DNA from: Anseongella ginsenosidimutans
Lineage (GTDB): Bacteria; Bacteroidota; Bacteroidia; Sphingobacteriales; Sphingobacteriaceae
Assembly (NCBI GenBank): GCA_029268045.1
Contig: JAJUHF010000004.1
Span: 7,863 to 71,862, forward strand
Direction: 5' to 3'
DNA: 64,000 nt
The notes beneath the pieces are model-generated. The model searched no databases and was not told the DNA's origin. It saw nothing but the letters and a program-made list of their open reading frames with translations. The position numbers and the translations under genes are program-made. Positions 10,622 through 25,208 of the stretch are shown here, piece by piece (within the stretch, counting starts at the first letter, position 1; each line of letters starts with the position of its first letter).

Positions 10622-12034
10622 ATGCAGCACCACCTTACACATCCGGTATTTACTCTTATTGCAGAAGCGGCTGCGCAAACCGGGCAGGAAGTTTACGTAA
10701 TAGGTGGCTTTGTCCGGGACCTGTTTCTCAAACGTCCTTCGAAAGACGTGGACATCCTCGTTGTGGGCAATGGCATCGAATTCGCCCGGAAAATCGGCGA
10801 AAAGACCGGCAGCAAGGTGGCGGTTTTCAAAAACTTCGGCACCGCCATGCTCCGTTATGAAGACCTGGAGGTCGAATTCGTCGGCGCGCGGAAGGAATCC
10901 TACCGAAATGATTCCCGCAAACCCATTGTAGAAGACGGCAGCCTGGATGACGATCAGAAACGACGGGATTTCACCATCAACGCCATGGCCATCGGATTGA
11001 ACGGGCCCCATTTTGGCAAGCTGGTGGATCCCTTTGATGGATTGGGGGATTTACGCAGGCGGCTCATCCGGACCCCGCTGCGGCCCGAAAGCACCTATTC
11101 AGACGATCCGCTGCGCATGATGCGGGCAATCCGGTTTGCCTCCCAGCTGAACTTCCGGGTGGAAGACGACTCGCTGGAAGCCATCCGGAAAACCCGCGAC
11201 CGCATCCGGATCGTCTCCCAGGAACGCATCACCGACGAACTGAACAAGATTATTCTTTCGGACCGCCCTTCGGTGGGCTTCCGGCTGTTGTTCGACACGG
11301 GACTGCTCCAGCTGATCTTCCCTCAGATGGCAGCGCTGCAGGGAGTGGAAACCATCCAGGGGAAATCCCATAAAGACAATTTTTATCATACCCTGGAGGT
11401 ACTGGATAATATCTCCCGGCATACCCAGGATCTTTGGCTGCGCTGGGCGGCGATCCTGCACGACATCGCCAAGCCAGCCACCAAGCGGTTCGACCCAAAA
11501 GCCGGATGGACATTTCACGGCCACGAAGACCGCGGCGCCCGGATGGTTCCCAAGATATTCCGGCAACTGAGACTTCCCCAAGACGAGAAAATGCGGTTTG
11601 TCCAGAAAATGGTGGCCCTGCATCTTCGGCCCATCGCCCTCGCTCAGGAAATCGTCACCGATTCAGCGGTCCGCCGCCTGCTTTTCGAGGCAGGGGATGA
11701 CATCGATTCGCTGATGACACTCTGCAATGCGGACATCACCACCAAGAACGAATACAAGATCCGGAAGTACCAGCAGAATTTCGAGTTGGTCAGGCAAAAG
11801 CTGATCGACGTGGAAGAACGGGACCGCATCCGCAATTGGCAGCCGCCCGTATCGGGGCACGATATCATGAATCTGTTCAACCTGAACGAAGGCCGCAAAG
11901 TGGGTATTCTCAAGAACCGGATCCGGGAAGCGATCCTGGACGGGGATATCCGCAACGACCGGGAAGAAGCGCTCGGTCTTCTGCTTCGACTTGGGGAGGA
12001 AATGGGTCTGAAGGTAAACCCCGACCGTCAATAA
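10622..12034 (+). CDS. cca: CCA-adding tRNA nucleotidyltransferase with C-terminal HD domain
   Basis: 470 aa. Nucleotidyltransferase head (GGFVRDLFL...DVDILVVG) and an HD region (LHDIAKP...HGHEDRG). Confidence 0.85.
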   Translation: MQHHLTHPVFTLIAEAAAQTGQEVYVIGGFVRDLFLKRPSKDVDILVVGNGIEFARKIGEKTGSKVAVFKNFGTAMLRYEDLEVEFVGARKESYRNDSRKPIVEDGSLDDDQKRRDFTINAMAIGLNGPHFGKLVDPFDGLGDLRRRLIRTPLRPESTYSDDPLRMMRAIRFASQLNFRVEDDSLEAIRKTRDRIRIVSQERITDELNKIILSDRPSVGFRLLFDTGLLQLIFPQMAALQGVETIQGKSHKDNFYHTLEVLDNISRHTQDLWLRWAAILHDIAKPATKRFDPKAGWTFHGHEDRGARMVPKIFRQLRLPQDEKMRFVQKMVALHLRPIALAQEIVTDSAVRRLLFEAGDDIDSLMTLCNADITTKNEYKIRKYQQNFELVRQKLIDVEERDRIRNWQPPVSGHDIMNLFNLNEGRKVGILKNRIREAILDGDIRNDREEALGLLLRLGEEMGLKVNPDRQ

Positions 12035-12717
12035 TTGACCGGAAGGGTTTTCATGTAGTCGTTTAAATCGATATGATCCGACTTCGTGAACGGCAGCCCG
12101 GTATTTACGATCCGCTTGATCCTGGATAGCCGGAAATCCCGGTAGGCCTGACGCAAATGGCACCAGGCAACCAAATGCCAATTGAACGCGTAAAATATCA
12201 GTCCCAACGGTTCGGCCCGTCGTTTACTATCCTCTTCCTTGCTGTTCCGATATTCCATCTCCACAATCTGGCGCGCGGAGATGGCATCCTGCAGGACCGA
12301 CAAATAGGCAAAATTAGGTTGGTAGGCCGGCGGAACGTGCACCCGGGTCTGCCCGGCCAGGGTTTCCATCCGTTCTTTCTGGGTGCCCTTGAGAACCGCT
12401 TTTATTTTGGTCAGGGCGTTGGCATAGTGGTGCTGGATGGAACGGTCGGCGAAGCGCTGGGTAAGGGTCTCCATCAATAGCAATGCCCCGGCTTCCTCCG
12501 AAGTGAAAGACACCGGAGGCAGGAAATAACCCGGAACAATACAATAGCCTTTCCCGGGCTCGAATGTCAAGGGGATCCCCAGTTCGGAAAGCGCACGGAC
12601 GTCCCGGTAGACGGTTCGCTGACTGATCTGAAACCGTTCCGCGATCTGCTCCACGCTGGCATGCTTCTTGGATTGCAGAAGCATCAGAATTCCAAAGAGA
12701 CGGTCAATCCGATTCAT
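12028..12717 (-). CDS. HTH-WYL domain transcriptional regulator (YafY-like, short form)
   Basis: 229 aa. N-terminal wHTH (VEQIAERFQISQRTVYRDVRALSELGIPL) and C-terminal WYL-type domain (IVEMEYRN...LGLIFYAFNWHLVAWCHLRQAYRDFRLSRI). The 3' end overlaps the cca stop convergently by 7 nt. Confidence 0.85.
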   Translation of the reverse strand: MNRIDRLFGILMLLQSKKHASVEQIAERFQISQRTVYRDVRALSELGIPLTFEPGKGYCIVPGYFLPPVSFTSEEAGALLLMETLTQRFADRSIQHHYANALTKIKAVLKGTQKERMETLAGQTRVHVPPAYQPNFAYLSVLQDAISARQIVEMEYRNSKEEDSKRRAEPLGLIFYAFNWHLVAWCHLRQAYRDFRLSRIKRIVNTGLPFTKSDHIDLNDYMKTLPVNY

Positions 12718-12750
12718 TTTGACTAGTTAGACAAATAAGTAATCTTTTTC

Positions 12751-12764
12751 TATTTTTGCAAAAA
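12751..12764 (+). promoter_or_regulatory. candidate -7 box (TATTTTTG) overlapping a 12-nt perfect palindrome TTTTTGCAAAAA
   Basis: TAttTTTG at 12751-12758 lies 18 nt upstream of ATG 12776. The palindrome at 12753-12764 sits in the 58-nt divergent intergenic region shared with the WYL regulator. Confidence 0.35.
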
Positions 12765-12775
12765 TCGGCAAAAAC

Positions 12776-13384
12776 ATGGCTATTTACCGTTTTAAAGTTG
12801 CTTTTGAGGACTACGATGGATTCCGGCATATTGACATCCGGTCGAATCAGACATTTGAGGATCTGCATTATGCTATCCATCAATCGATTGGCTATAAAGC
12901 CGATTATCCCTCTTCCTTTTATGTGAGTAATGACCAGTGGCATAAAGGAGAGGAGATCACCATCTTCCCGAATGAAAAAAAGAAGGCTGCCGGGGTGAGG
13001 CAAATGAAAGAAACCAAACTGAGCAGATTCATAGACGATCCCCACCAGAAGTTCTATTATACATTTAACTTTGACCGTCCCCTTGATTTCCACGTGGAAT
13101 TGATCCAGATTATCATGGACGAGGATCCCAATATCGAGTACCCCCATTGCGTTAAGTCTTCCGGAGAGGCCCCGCGTCAGTTCGCCGTGACGCTGCCTCC
13201 CGAACCCGGATCGGATTTGGACGGGGAAGAGCCTGATTTGGACGACGAAAACAAAATGGACTTGGAGGAATTCGGAATCGACGAGGGAGATCAGGACACG
13301 CAATCCGACGGGGACGATGTGGAAATACCCGACGGGGACGGTACCGATATTGACTTCGAAGACGGGGACGAAGACGAGTACTAA
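12776..13384 (+). CDS. MM3350-like / plasmid pRiA4b ORF3-like domain protein with a highly acidic C-terminal tail
   Basis: 202 aa. The N-terminus IYRFKVAFEDYDGFRHIDIRSNQTFEDLHYAIHQSIGY resembles the pRiA4b-ORF3/MM3350 fold family. The last ~60 aa are dominated by D/E (…DGDDVEIPDGDGTDIDFEDGDEDEY). Confidence 0.6.
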   Translation: MAIYRFKVAFEDYDGFRHIDIRSNQTFEDLHYAIHQSIGYKADYPSSFYVSNDQWHKGEEITIFPNEKKKAAGVRQMKETKLSRFIDDPHQKFYYTFNFDRPLDFHVELIQIIMDEDPNIEYPHCVKSSGEAPRQFAVTLPPEPGSDLDGEEPDLDDENKMDLEEFGIDEGDQDTQSDGDDVEIPDGDGTDIDFEDGDEDEY

Positions 13385-13400
13385 CGGGTCACCCTGAATT

Positions 13401-14303
13401 TTGACAAGCAAGGTATTAATTGTAATCACCGGCCCCACTGCCTCGGGGAAAACGGCATGGGCAATCGACCTGGCCCGGCATTATCGGACCGAAATCGTTT
13501 CTGCCGATTCACGCCAATTTTACCGTGAAATACCCATCGGGACTGCCCAGCCCTCCGCTGATGAACTTGCTGCCGTACCGCACCATTTCATTGCCTGCAG
13601 AAGTATTTCGGAAGAACTGAATGCCGGACGCTATGAGGTGGAAGCCCTCGAGGTGCTCGGGGACCTGTTCAAGCGACACGAAAAGGTGATTCTGACGGGT
13701 GGATCGGGGTTGTTTGTCGACGCCGTCTGCAAAGGGCTGGACCTTATACCGCTGATCGATCCCAGCGTCCGGGATTCGCTGAATTTACGGCATCGAAAGG
13801 AGGGATTACGGCCCCTGCAGGAGCTGCTCCGCGAGGTGGATCCGGTCTGGTATCAAACGACCGACCTGAACAATCCCCAGCGGGTGATCCGGGCATTGGA
13901 GGTTTACCTGGGCAGCGGAAAACCGTACTCCACTTTTCTCAGAAACGAGCCTAAACCGCGCCCGTTCCGGATTATCAAATTCGCAATTGACCTGGACCGG
14001 CAGATTTTGTATGAACGGATCAACGCCCGGGTAGACGAAATGATGGCCGCCGGCCTTTTGGAAGAAGCCCGCAGGGTGTACCCCCTTCGCCATCTGAAGC
14101 CGCTTGAAACGGTGGGATATACGGAACTATTCGACTATTTTTCGGGTCAGATCACGAAGCCGGAAGCGGTGGAGCTGATCAAGCGGAATACCCGCCGTTT
14201 CGCCAAAAGACAGCTCACCTGGCTGAGACGCGATCCGGATGTGATCTGGCTGTCTCCCGCCAGGTTTTCGGAAATCCACGGGATCGTGTCCCGCAGTTCA
14301 TAA
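13401..14303 (+). CDS. miaA: tRNA dimethylallyltransferase
   Basis: 300 aa with a TTG start, P-loop GPTASGKT, and IPP-transferase family sequence throughout. Confidence 0.93.
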   Translation: MTSKVLIVITGPTASGKTAWAIDLARHYRTEIVSADSRQFYREIPIGTAQPSADELAAVPHHFIACRSISEELNAGRYEVEALEVLGDLFKRHEKVILTGGSGLFVDAVCKGLDLIPLIDPSVRDSLNLRHRKEGLRPLQELLREVDPVWYQTTDLNNPQRVIRALEVYLGSGKPYSTFLRNEPKPRPFRIIKFAIDLDRQILYERINARVDEMMAAGLLEEARRVYPLRHLKPLETVGYTELFDYFSGQITKPEAVELIKRNTRRFAKRQLTWLRRDPDVIWLSPARFSEIHGIVSRSS

Positions 14304-14308
14304 AAGGT

Positions 14309-14620
14309 TCAGGCCTGTGCAACCGGACCGCCGAAGGTCATTGGGATCGTTGGGGCGCCTTCCTTTACTTCTATTTTGCCGTGCATGGCCTCGTATTTCT
14401 GAATATTGTCATTCAACGCCCCCAGCAGGCGCTTGGCATGCTCCGGAGTGAGGACGACTCTCGATTTCACCTTTGCTTTGGGCACCCCGGGCATTACCCG
14501 GATAAAATCAAGTACGAATTCCGAGGAGGAGTGCGTAATAATTGCCAGATTGGAATATACCCCTTCCGCTGTTTCTTCGGTCAGTTCGATATTCAGTTGA
14601 TTTTCCTTTTTTTCTTCCAT
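14309..14620 (-). CDS. DUF3467-family small protein
   Basis: 103 aa from ATG 14620 (MEEKKENQLNIELTEETAEGVYSNLAIITHSSSEFVLDF...). ORF-track start 14674 trimmed. Lies immediately downstream of rpoC. Confidence 0.7.
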   Translation of the reverse strand: MEEKKENQLNIELTEETAEGVYSNLAIITHSSSEFVLDFIRVMPGVPKAKVKSRVVLTPEHAKRLLGALNDNIQKYEAMHGKIEVKEGAPTIPMTFGGPVAQA

Positions 14621-14685
14621 GGTATTGTGTTTTCGTTTTGTTAAAAATAATAAAATTCTGTTTGGCAGGCGCACCCGCTCGCGTT

Positions 14686-14724
14686 TAAACGAAAAGAGGG
14701 CTGTCCCAAACGGGGCAGCCCTCT
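14686..14724 (-). terminator. intrinsic terminator downstream of rpoC
   Basis: On the minus strand, AGAGGGCUGCCCC/GGGACAGCCCUCU forms a 13-bp stem (14695-14724) followed by UUUCGUUU. Confidence 0.7.
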
Positions 14725-14751
14725 TCTGTATCGATCGAAATAGATGATCTA

Positions 14752-17700
14752 TTATTCCTGTTCTACTTCTTCTTTTTTGGATGCAAGCAGGCGATCGTAT
14801 TCCTCCTTCGATCCGACGATCAGCTTGTCGTAGATACGCATGCCGGTACCGGCAGGGATGAGGTGTCCAACGATTACGTTTTCCTTCAGCCCCAGCATGG
14901 TATCGGCCTTACCGCTGATGGCCGCTTCGTTGAGCACTTTCGTCGTTTCCTGGAAGGAAGCCGCCGAAATAAAGCTCTTGGTACCCAACGAGGCCCGGGT
15001 AATCCCCTGCAATAGCGGGCTGGAAGTAGCCGGCTGCGCGTCACGCACCTGTACCAGTTTCAGATCCTTCCGTTTCAATTGCGCGTTTTCGTCGCGCAGC
15101 TTCCGGAGACTGATGATCTGACCTGCTTTCAGCGTGGTGGAATCGCCTGGATCGGTAATGACCTTCTTGTCGTAGATCCAGTCGTTCTCCTCCATGAAGT
15201 CCAGCTTGCTGACCGATTCCTTTTCGAGGAAACGGGTGTCTCCCGGATCGTCAATGGTGACCTTCTGCATCATCTGGTGAACAATCACTTCAAAGTGCTT
15301 GTCGTTGATCTTCACGCCCTGCAGACGATATACTTCCTGAACTTCGTTCACCAGGTACTCCTGTACCGCTCCCGGACCCTTGATCGCCAGAATATCGGCG
15401 GGCGAGATGGCCCCGTCAGACAGGGAGGTCCCGGCCTTGACAAAGTCGTTGTCCTGAACCAGGATATGCTTGGACAGGGGAACCAGGTATTTCTTGGTTT
15501 GTCCGTCCTTGGATTCAATGATGATCTCCCGGTTGCCCCGTTTGGTTCCACCCAGCGTCACGACCCCGTCGATTTCCGTCACCACGGCCGGGTTGGATGG
15601 ATTCCTTGCCTCGAACAACTCGGTAACGCGCGGCAGACCACCCGTGATGTCGCGGGTCTTGCCGGCGGCACGGGGGATCTTCACCAATACCTGACCGGCT
15701 TTGATCTCTTCCCCATCGCCCACGATAATGTGCGCTCCCACGGGAATATTATAGGACTTCTCTTCCCCGTTCTTACCAACCACGGTAATTACCGGGTTCT
15801 TGGTTTTATCCCGGGTGTCGATGATCACTTTCTCGCGGTGTCCTGTCTGTTCATCCGACTCTTCGCGGTAGGTAACCCCTTCCAGAACCGATTCGAATAC
15901 GACCTTTCCTGCAAAGTCCGCTACCATTACGGCGTTATAAGGGTCCCAGCTACAGATTAGGTCGCCCTTTTCCAATCTCTGGCCATCCTTGACAAACAGC
16001 TGCGCGCCGTAAGGAATGTTATTGTTCATGACCACTTTGCCCAGCTTCTCGTCTACGATCCGCAGTTCGCCCGACCGGCCGATCACAACCTGCGTGTCGC
16101 CGCCTTCGGCACTTCCGGAAGCAACCGCGCGTACGTTTTCGAATTCGATCTTTCCGGCAAACTTAGCCACAATCTGCGACTCGGCGGCGATGTTGGAGGC
16201 CGTACCACCCACGTGGAAGGTCCGAAGGGTAAGCTGCGTACCCGGCTCTCCGATTGACTGGGCCGCGATCACACCGACAGCCTCCCCGATCTGAACCAGC
16301 TTTCCGGTCGAGAGGTTGCGTCCGTAGCACTTGGCGCAAGCACCGCGTTTGGATTCGCAGGTCAGCACCGAACGTATCTCCACGGACTCGATGGCGGAGT
16401 TTTCGATATGCCGCGCCTTGTCCTCGTCGATTTCCTCGCCTGCAGCCACCACCAGCTCATTGGTCAGGGGGTCGTATACGTCGTGCAGGGAAACACGTCC
16501 CAAGATCCGCTCATAAAGCGGCTCCACGATATCTTCATTGTCTTTCAGTGCCGAAGTGGTTACACCGCGCAGGGTGCCGCAATCCTCCTCACTGATGACC
16601 ATGTCCTGTGCAACGTCATGCAAACGGCGGGTCAGGTAGCCGGCATCGGCTGTTTTAAGCGCCGTATCGGCCAAACCTTTCCGGGCACCGTGCGTGGAGA
16701 TAAAGTACTCCAATACGGATAGGCCTTCTTTAAAGTTGGAAAGGATCGGGTTCTCGATAATTTCGCCGCCTGAACCGGATTTCTGGGGTTTTGCCATCAG
16801 CCCACGCATACCGCAAAGCTGACGGATCTGTTCCTTCGAACCCCGGGCACCCGAATCCAGCATCATGTAAACCGAATTAAAGCCCTGGTTATCCGTTGCG
16901 AGCATCTTCATCACATTGTCGGTCAGCCGCGAGTTGATACGCGTCCAAATATCAATCACCTGATTGTACCGCTCGTTATTGGTGATGAAGCCCATGTTAT
17001 AGTTGGTCCAAACCTCTTCTACTTCGGCCTGGGCTCCTTCGATCAATTTCATTTTCTCTTCGGGGATGGTCAGATCCAGCAGGTTGAAGGAAAGTCCGCC
17101 CTTGAACGCGATCTGGAATCCCATTTCCTTGATATCGTCCAGGAACTGTGCTGTACGGGACATACCCGTTACTTTCACCACCTCGCCGATGATATCCCGA
17201 AGCGACTTCTTGGTAAGAAGCTGATTGATAAAGCCCACCTCTTTCGGTACGACTTCATTGAACAGCACGCGTCCTACCGTGGTCTCCACCATTTTGTTAA
17301 CCAACTCGCCCTTTTCAAGCACATCGACTTTGACCTTGATGTTCGCGTGCAGGTCCACGGTGCCTTCATTGTAGGCAATGCGCACTTCTTCCGGACCGTA
17401 GAAGGTCATGTCTTCTCCCTTGACCGGATTGCCCGGTTCCGAACGGCGGCCTTTGGTAATATAATAAAGTCCCAGCACCATGTCCTGGGAAGGAACGGTA
17501 ATCGGTGTTCCGTTGGCAGGGTTCAGAATATTGTGCGAGGCCAGCATCAGCATCTGGGCTTCCGCTACCGCGGCGTTGCTCAACGGTACATGAACTGCCA
17601 TCTGGTCCCCGTCAAAGTCGGCGTTAAAGGCGGTACACACCAAGGGGTGCAGCTGGATCGCTTTCCCTTCGACCAATTTGGGCTGAAACGACTGGATACC

Positions 17701-19044
17701 CAAACGGTGCAGTGTCGGTGCCCGGTTGAGCAGTACAGGATGTCCTTTAAGCACGTTTTCCAGAATATCCCATACGACCGCATCCTTCCGGTCGACAATC
17801 TTCTTGGCCGATTTAACCGTTTTTACAATGCCCCTTTCGATAAGCTTGCGGATAATAAACGGCTTGAACAGCTCGGCAGCCATGTCTTTAGGCAGCCCGC
17901 ACTCATGGAGTTTCAATTGCGGACCGACCACGATCACCGAACGGCCCGAATAATCCACCCGTTTACCCAGCAAGTTCTGACGGAAACGCCCTTGTTTCCC
18001 TTTCAGGATATCGGAGAGCGATTTCAGCGCCCGGTTTCCTTCGGTCTTGACCGCATTCACTTTCCGTGAATTGTCAAACAGGGAATCAACCGCTTCCTGC
18101 AGCATGCGTTTCTCATTCCGCAGGATCACTTCCGGCGCCTTGATCTCAATCAGACGCTTCAAGCGGTTATTGCGGATAATCACCCGGCGATACAGGTCGT
18201 TCAGGTCGGAAGTCGCAAAACGTCCTCCATCCAGCGGTACCAGCGGGCGCAATTCAGGCGGTATTACCGGCACGATGCGCACGATCATCCATTCCGGCCG
18301 GTTTTCGATCCGGGTATTGGCGTCGCGGAATGCTTCCACCACCTGCAGGCGCTTCAATGCTTCGTTCTTCCGTTGCTGCGAAGTTTCGTTTGCGGCCTGG
18401 TGACGGAGATCATACGAGAGCTGATCCAGATCAAGCCGGTGCAGCAGGTCTTCCAGCGCTTCGGCACCCATTTTGGCGATGAATTTATCGGGGTGGTCGT
18501 CATCCAGGTACTGATTCTCCTTGGGAAGCGTATCGAGTATATCCAAATACTCCTCTTCGGTCAGAAAATCAAGATACTGAATGCCGTCTTCCGCCTTCAC
18601 CCCCGGCTGGATCACCACGTACCGCTCGTAATAAATTATGAGGTCCAGTTTTTTGGTGGGCAGCCCCAAAAGGTATCCGATCTTATTGGGAAGGGAACGG
18701 AAATACCAGATATGGGCCACCGGCACCACCAGGTGAATGTGTCCCATCCGCTCCCGGCGAACCTTCTTTTCGGTCACCTCAACCCCGCAGCGATCGCAAA
18801 CGATCCCTTTGTAACGGATGCGCTTGTACTTTCCGCAGGCGCATTCGTAATCCTTTACCGGTCCGAAAATACGTTCGCAGAACAAGCCATCCCGTTCCGG
18901 CTTATAGGTCCGGTAGTTGATGGTTTCGGGCTTTAAAACCTCTCCGCTGGAACGTTCAAGGATCGTTTCAGGTGAAGAAAGACTGATCGTAATTTTCGTG
19001 AAATTACTCTTGATCTTTGTATCTTTTTTGTATGACATGGTCAA
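14752..19044 (-). CDS. rpoC: DNA-directed RNA polymerase subunit beta'
   Basis: 1430 aa. Zinc-binding CxCGK...CxxCGVE near the N-terminus, catalytic NADFDGDQM, and conserved sequence throughout. Confidence 0.98.
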   Translation of the reverse strand: MTMSYKKDTKIKSNFTKITISLSSPETILERSSGEVLKPETINYRTYKPERDGLFCERIFGPVKDYECACGKYKRIRYKGIVCDRCGVEVTEKKVRRERMGHIHLVVPVAHIWYFRSLPNKIGYLLGLPTKKLDLIIYYERYVVIQPGVKAEDGIQYLDFLTEEEYLDILDTLPKENQYLDDDHPDKFIAKMGAEALEDLLHRLDLDQLSYDLRHQAANETSQQRKNEALKRLQVVEAFRDANTRIENRPEWMIVRIVPVIPPELRPLVPLDGGRFATSDLNDLYRRVIIRNNRLKRLIEIKAPEVILRNEKRMLQEAVDSLFDNSRKVNAVKTEGNRALKSLSDILKGKQGRFRQNLLGKRVDYSGRSVIVVGPQLKLHECGLPKDMAAELFKPFIIRKLIERGIVKTVKSAKKIVDRKDAVVWDILENVLKGHPVLLNRAPTLHRLGIQSFQPKLVEGKAIQLHPLVCTAFNADFDGDQMAVHVPLSNAAVAEAQMLMLASHNILNPANGTPITVPSQDMVLGLYYITKGRRSEPGNPVKGEDMTFYGPEEVRIAYNEGTVDLHANIKVKVDVLEKGELVNKMVETTVGRVLFNEVVPKEVGFINQLLTKKSLRDIIGEVVKVTGMSRTAQFLDDIKEMGFQIAFKGGLSFNLLDLTIPEEKMKLIEGAQAEVEEVWTNYNMGFITNNERYNQVIDIWTRINSRLTDNVMKMLATDNQGFNSVYMMLDSGARGSKEQIRQLCGMRGLMAKPQKSGSGGEIIENPILSNFKEGLSVLEYFISTHGARKGLADTALKTADAGYLTRRLHDVAQDMVISEEDCGTLRGVTTSALKDNEDIVEPLYERILGRVSLHDVYDPLTNELVVAAGEEIDEDKARHIENSAIESVEIRSVLTCESKRGACAKCYGRNLSTGKLVQIGEAVGVIAAQSIGEPGTQLTLRTFHVGGTASNIAAESQIVAKFAGKIEFENVRAVASGSAEGGDTQVVIGRSGELRIVDEKLGKVVMNNNIPYGAQLFVKDGQRLEKGDLICSWDPYNAVMVADFAGKVVFESVLEGVTYREESDEQTGHREKVIIDTRDKTKNPVITVVGKNGEEKSYNIPVGAHIIVGDGEEIKAGQVLVKIPRAAGKTRDITGGLPRVTELFEARNPSNPAVVTEIDGVVTLGGTKRGNREIIIESKDGQTKKYLVPLSKHILVQDNDFVKAGTSLSDGAISPADILAIKGPGAVQEYLVNEVQEVYRLQGVKINDKHFEVIVHQMMQKVTIDDPGDTRFLEKESVSKLDFMEENDWIYDKKVITDPGDSTTLKAGQIISLRKLRDENAQLKRKDLKLVQVRDAQPATSSPLLQGITRASLGTKSFISAASFQETTKVLNEAAISGKADTMLGLKENVIVGHLIPAGTGMRIYDKLIVGSKEEYDRLLASKKEEVEQE

Positions 19045-19058
19045 CTTTTTATAACCCC

Positions 19059-22865
<3,807 letters not shown>

Positions 22866-22929
22866 TGAACTATTGTTTTAGTTGAACACTTGGATCATAC
22901 AGCTATGCTAAACATAGCAATGGGTATAA

Positions 22930-22966
22930 ACAGGCATAGACCCTCCGAAAGAAGGGTCTTGCCTGT
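22930..22966 (-). promoter_or_regulatory. attenuator-like hairpin in the rplL-rpoB spacer
   Basis: A 7+7 bp stem (ACAGGCA.AGACCCU / AGGGUCU.UGCCUGU) with one bulge and an 8-nt loop. A weak U-run follows on the minus strand. A second 6-bp hairpin lies at 22902-22918. Confidence 0.5.
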
Positions 22967-22985
22967 ATCTATGTTAAGACTTATG

Positions 22986-23366
22986 TTACTTAACTTCAAC
23001 CTTTGCGCCGGCTTCTTCAAGCTGTGATCTAAGTGATTCAGCTTCTTCTTTGCTTACACCTTCTTTTACAGCCTTCGGAGCCCCGTCAACCAGTTCCTTG
23101 GCTTCTTTCAGGCCAAGACCGGTAAGATCCTTCACCAGTTTCACAACCGCCAGTTTGGCGCCACCGGCTTCGGTAAGGATTACATCAAAAGATGTTTTTT
23201 CTTCGGCAGCAGCTCCTTCGCCACCACCGGCGGCAGGGCCGGCAACAGCTACCGCTGCTGCAGCAGGCTCAATGCCATACTCATCTTTCAGTATCTGAGC
23301 AAGCTCATTAACTTCTTTTACTGTTAAGTTTACCAACTGTTCAGCAAACGTTTTCAAATCTGCCAT
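22986..23366 (-). CDS. rplL: 50S ribosomal protein L7/L12
   Basis: 126 aa. Ala-rich hinge and the conserved C-terminal domain (…[25 protein letters not shown]...). Confidence 0.97.
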   Translation of the reverse strand: MADLKTFAEQLVNLTVKEVNELAQILKDEYGIEPAAAAVAVAGPAAGGGEGAAAEEKTSFDVILTEAGGAKLAVVKLVKDLTGLGLKEAKELVDGAPKAVKEGVSKEEAESLRSQLEEAGAKVEVK

Positions 23367-23429
23367 CTGTATGAATTTTAAAGAAATATTTTACAAAATT
23401 GTTTTAATCAGAAACTATTAGGGTGGTTT

Positions 23430-23951
23430 CTATTCACCTCGTTCGGAAAGAGTTTGTACAATACCGGCCAGTTTGCCACCACCTGATTTCAGTGCGGAAA
23501 CGACGTTCTTGGCAGGTGACTGCAGCAAGCCTATTACTTCGCCAATAAGTTCATTCTTCGATTTCAATGCGGCCAGTTGATCCAACTGATTGTCTCCGAT
23601 GAAGAACGATTCCTCCACGTATGCGCCTTTGAGTACCGGCTTGTCTCCCGTTTTGCGCAACTCCTTGATGAGCTTTGCCGGCAGATTCGCCGTTTCGGAA
23701 AACAACAACGTGGACGATCCTTTCAGGACGTCGTACAGTCCGGCATAGTCCGTGCCAACGGCTTCCATGGCCTTGCGTATCAGGGTGTTTTTTGCCACCT
23801 GTACTTTGATGCCTTTCTGATAAGCCTTCCGGCGGATCACGTTGATCTGCGATACGGTAAGTTCTGAGGTGTCGGTAATGTAAAACCCGTTGTACGACCT
23901 GATCAATTCGGTCAGGCCCTCAACAATCTGTTGTTTATCTTCTTTCCTCAT
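23430..23951 (-). CDS. rplJ: 50S ribosomal protein L10
   Basis: 173 aa from ATG 23951 (MRKEDKQQIVEGL...). ORF-track start 23981 trimmed. The start lies 1 nt after the rplA stop. Confidence 0.92.
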   Translation of the reverse strand: MRKEDKQQIVEGLTELIRSYNGFYITDTSELTVSQINVIRRKAYQKGIKVQVAKNTLIRKAMEAVGTDYAGLYDVLKGSSTLLFSETANLPAKLIKELRKTGDKPVLKGAYVEESFFIGDNQLDQLAALKSKNELIGEVIGLLQSPAKNVVSALKSGGGKLAGIVQTLSERGE

Positions 23952-23952
23952 G

Positions 23953-24651
23953 TTAGATCCCCGCGATTGATTTTGTTTCAATGGCTATACTGGCGCTCAT
24001 GGTACTGGACATGTAGATGCTCTTGAAATAAGTGCCTTTCGCCGAAGAAGGTTTCAGACGGGAAATGGTCTGGATCACTTCCAGCGCATTTTCGTACAAC
24101 TTTTCCGGAGTAAAGGAAACTTTTCCAACAGACGTATGGATGATCCCGGTCTTATCCACCTTGAAATCGATCTTTCCGCCCTTTACATCCTGTACCGCCT
24201 TCCCTACCTCGTTGGTTACCGTTCCCGTCTTGGGGTTGGGCATCAGGTTGCGCGGTCCGAGTATCCGGCCCAGCTTCCCGACCTTCGCCATACACGAGGG
24301 CATGGTGATGACGATATCCACATCCGTCCATCCCTGTTCGATCTTCTGAATGTACTCATCCAATCCGACATGGTCTGCCCCGGCATCCTTGGCTTCCTGC
24401 TCCTTATCCGGAGTACAGAGAACCAATACCCGAACCGACTTGCCGGTTCCGTGAGGTAAAACGGCAGTTCCACGCACCATCTGATTTGCTTTGCGGGGAT
24501 CCACGCCCAGACGGATGTCCAGGTCCACCGAAGCGTCAAACTTCGTGGTGGTGATATCCCGTACCAAAGCCGCTGCTTCAGACAATGGGTATACTTTGCC
24601 TGCCTCTAGTTTGGCCACCGCATTCTTGCGATTCTTGGTTAACTTTGCCAC
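23953..24651 (-). CDS. rplA: 50S ribosomal protein L1
   Basis: 232 aa, L1 family sequence (MAKLTKNRK...[20 protein letters not shown]). Confidence 0.97.
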   Translation of the reverse strand: MAKLTKNRKNAVAKLEAGKVYPLSEAAALVRDITTTKFDASVDLDIRLGVDPRKANQMVRGTAVLPHGTGKSVRVLVLCTPDKEQEAKDAGADHVGLDEYIQKIEQGWTDVDIVITMPSCMAKVGKLGRILGPRNLMPNPKTGTVTNEVGKAVQDVKGGKIDFKVDKTGIIHTSVGKVSFTPEKLYENALEVIQTISRLKPSSAKGTYFKSIYMSSTMSASIAIETKSIAGI

Positions 24652-24664
24652 TTTGTCTATTTAA

Positions 24665-25108
24665 TTAATTATTCGAGGGAGCTTCTCCTGTAACGGAAAT
24701 TCCCATACTACGCGCCGTTCCGGCCACCATTTGCATTGCCGCCTCTACCGAAAAGGCATTGAGGTCGGGCATTTTGTCTTCAGCAATCGTACGCACCTGA
24801 TCCCAGGATACGGAACCCACCCGTTTCCGGTTGGGCTCTGCTGACCCGCTCTTCAGCTTGCAGGCTTCTTTAAGCTGCACGGCCACGGGAGGGGTTTTAA
24901 TGACAAAATCAAATGATTTATCGGAATACACGGTAATTACAACAGGAAGCACCTTGCCTTGCTGATCCTGGGTTCTGGCATTAAACTGCTTGCAGAACTC
25001 CATGATATTCACCCCTTTAGCACCCAATGCGGGTCCTACCGGAGGTGAAGGATTGGCCTGGCCGCCCCTTACCTGTAATTTAACGTACCCAGCTATATCC
25101 TTTGCCAT
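24665..25108 (-). CDS. rplK: 50S ribosomal protein L11
   Basis: 147 aa (…[34 protein letters not shown]...). Confidence 0.97.
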   Translation of the reverse strand: MAKDIAGYVKLQVRGGQANPSPPVGPALGAKGVNIMEFCKQFNARTQDQQGKVLPVVITVYSDKSFDFVIKTPPVAVQLKEACKLKSGSAEPNRKRVGSVSWDQVRTIAEDKMPDLNAFSVEAAMQMVAGTARSMGISVTGEAPSNN

Positions 25109-25208
25109 TGTTTGTTAGTTGTGAGTTAATTTTGAGTGGAAGCAACAAAATGTAACAATCTATAATTAAGAGCTCATATTCTTTTCCGAAGCCGGAGGCG
25201 GGGAGAAA

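Noticed and set aside
13190-13384. Repeated GACGGGGAC-like DNA motif at the 3' end of the MM3350-like gene as a nucleotide-level repeat element
   Set aside because: The repetition follows the reading frame and simply encodes D-G-D/E runs of the acidic tail. It is not an independent DNA repeat.
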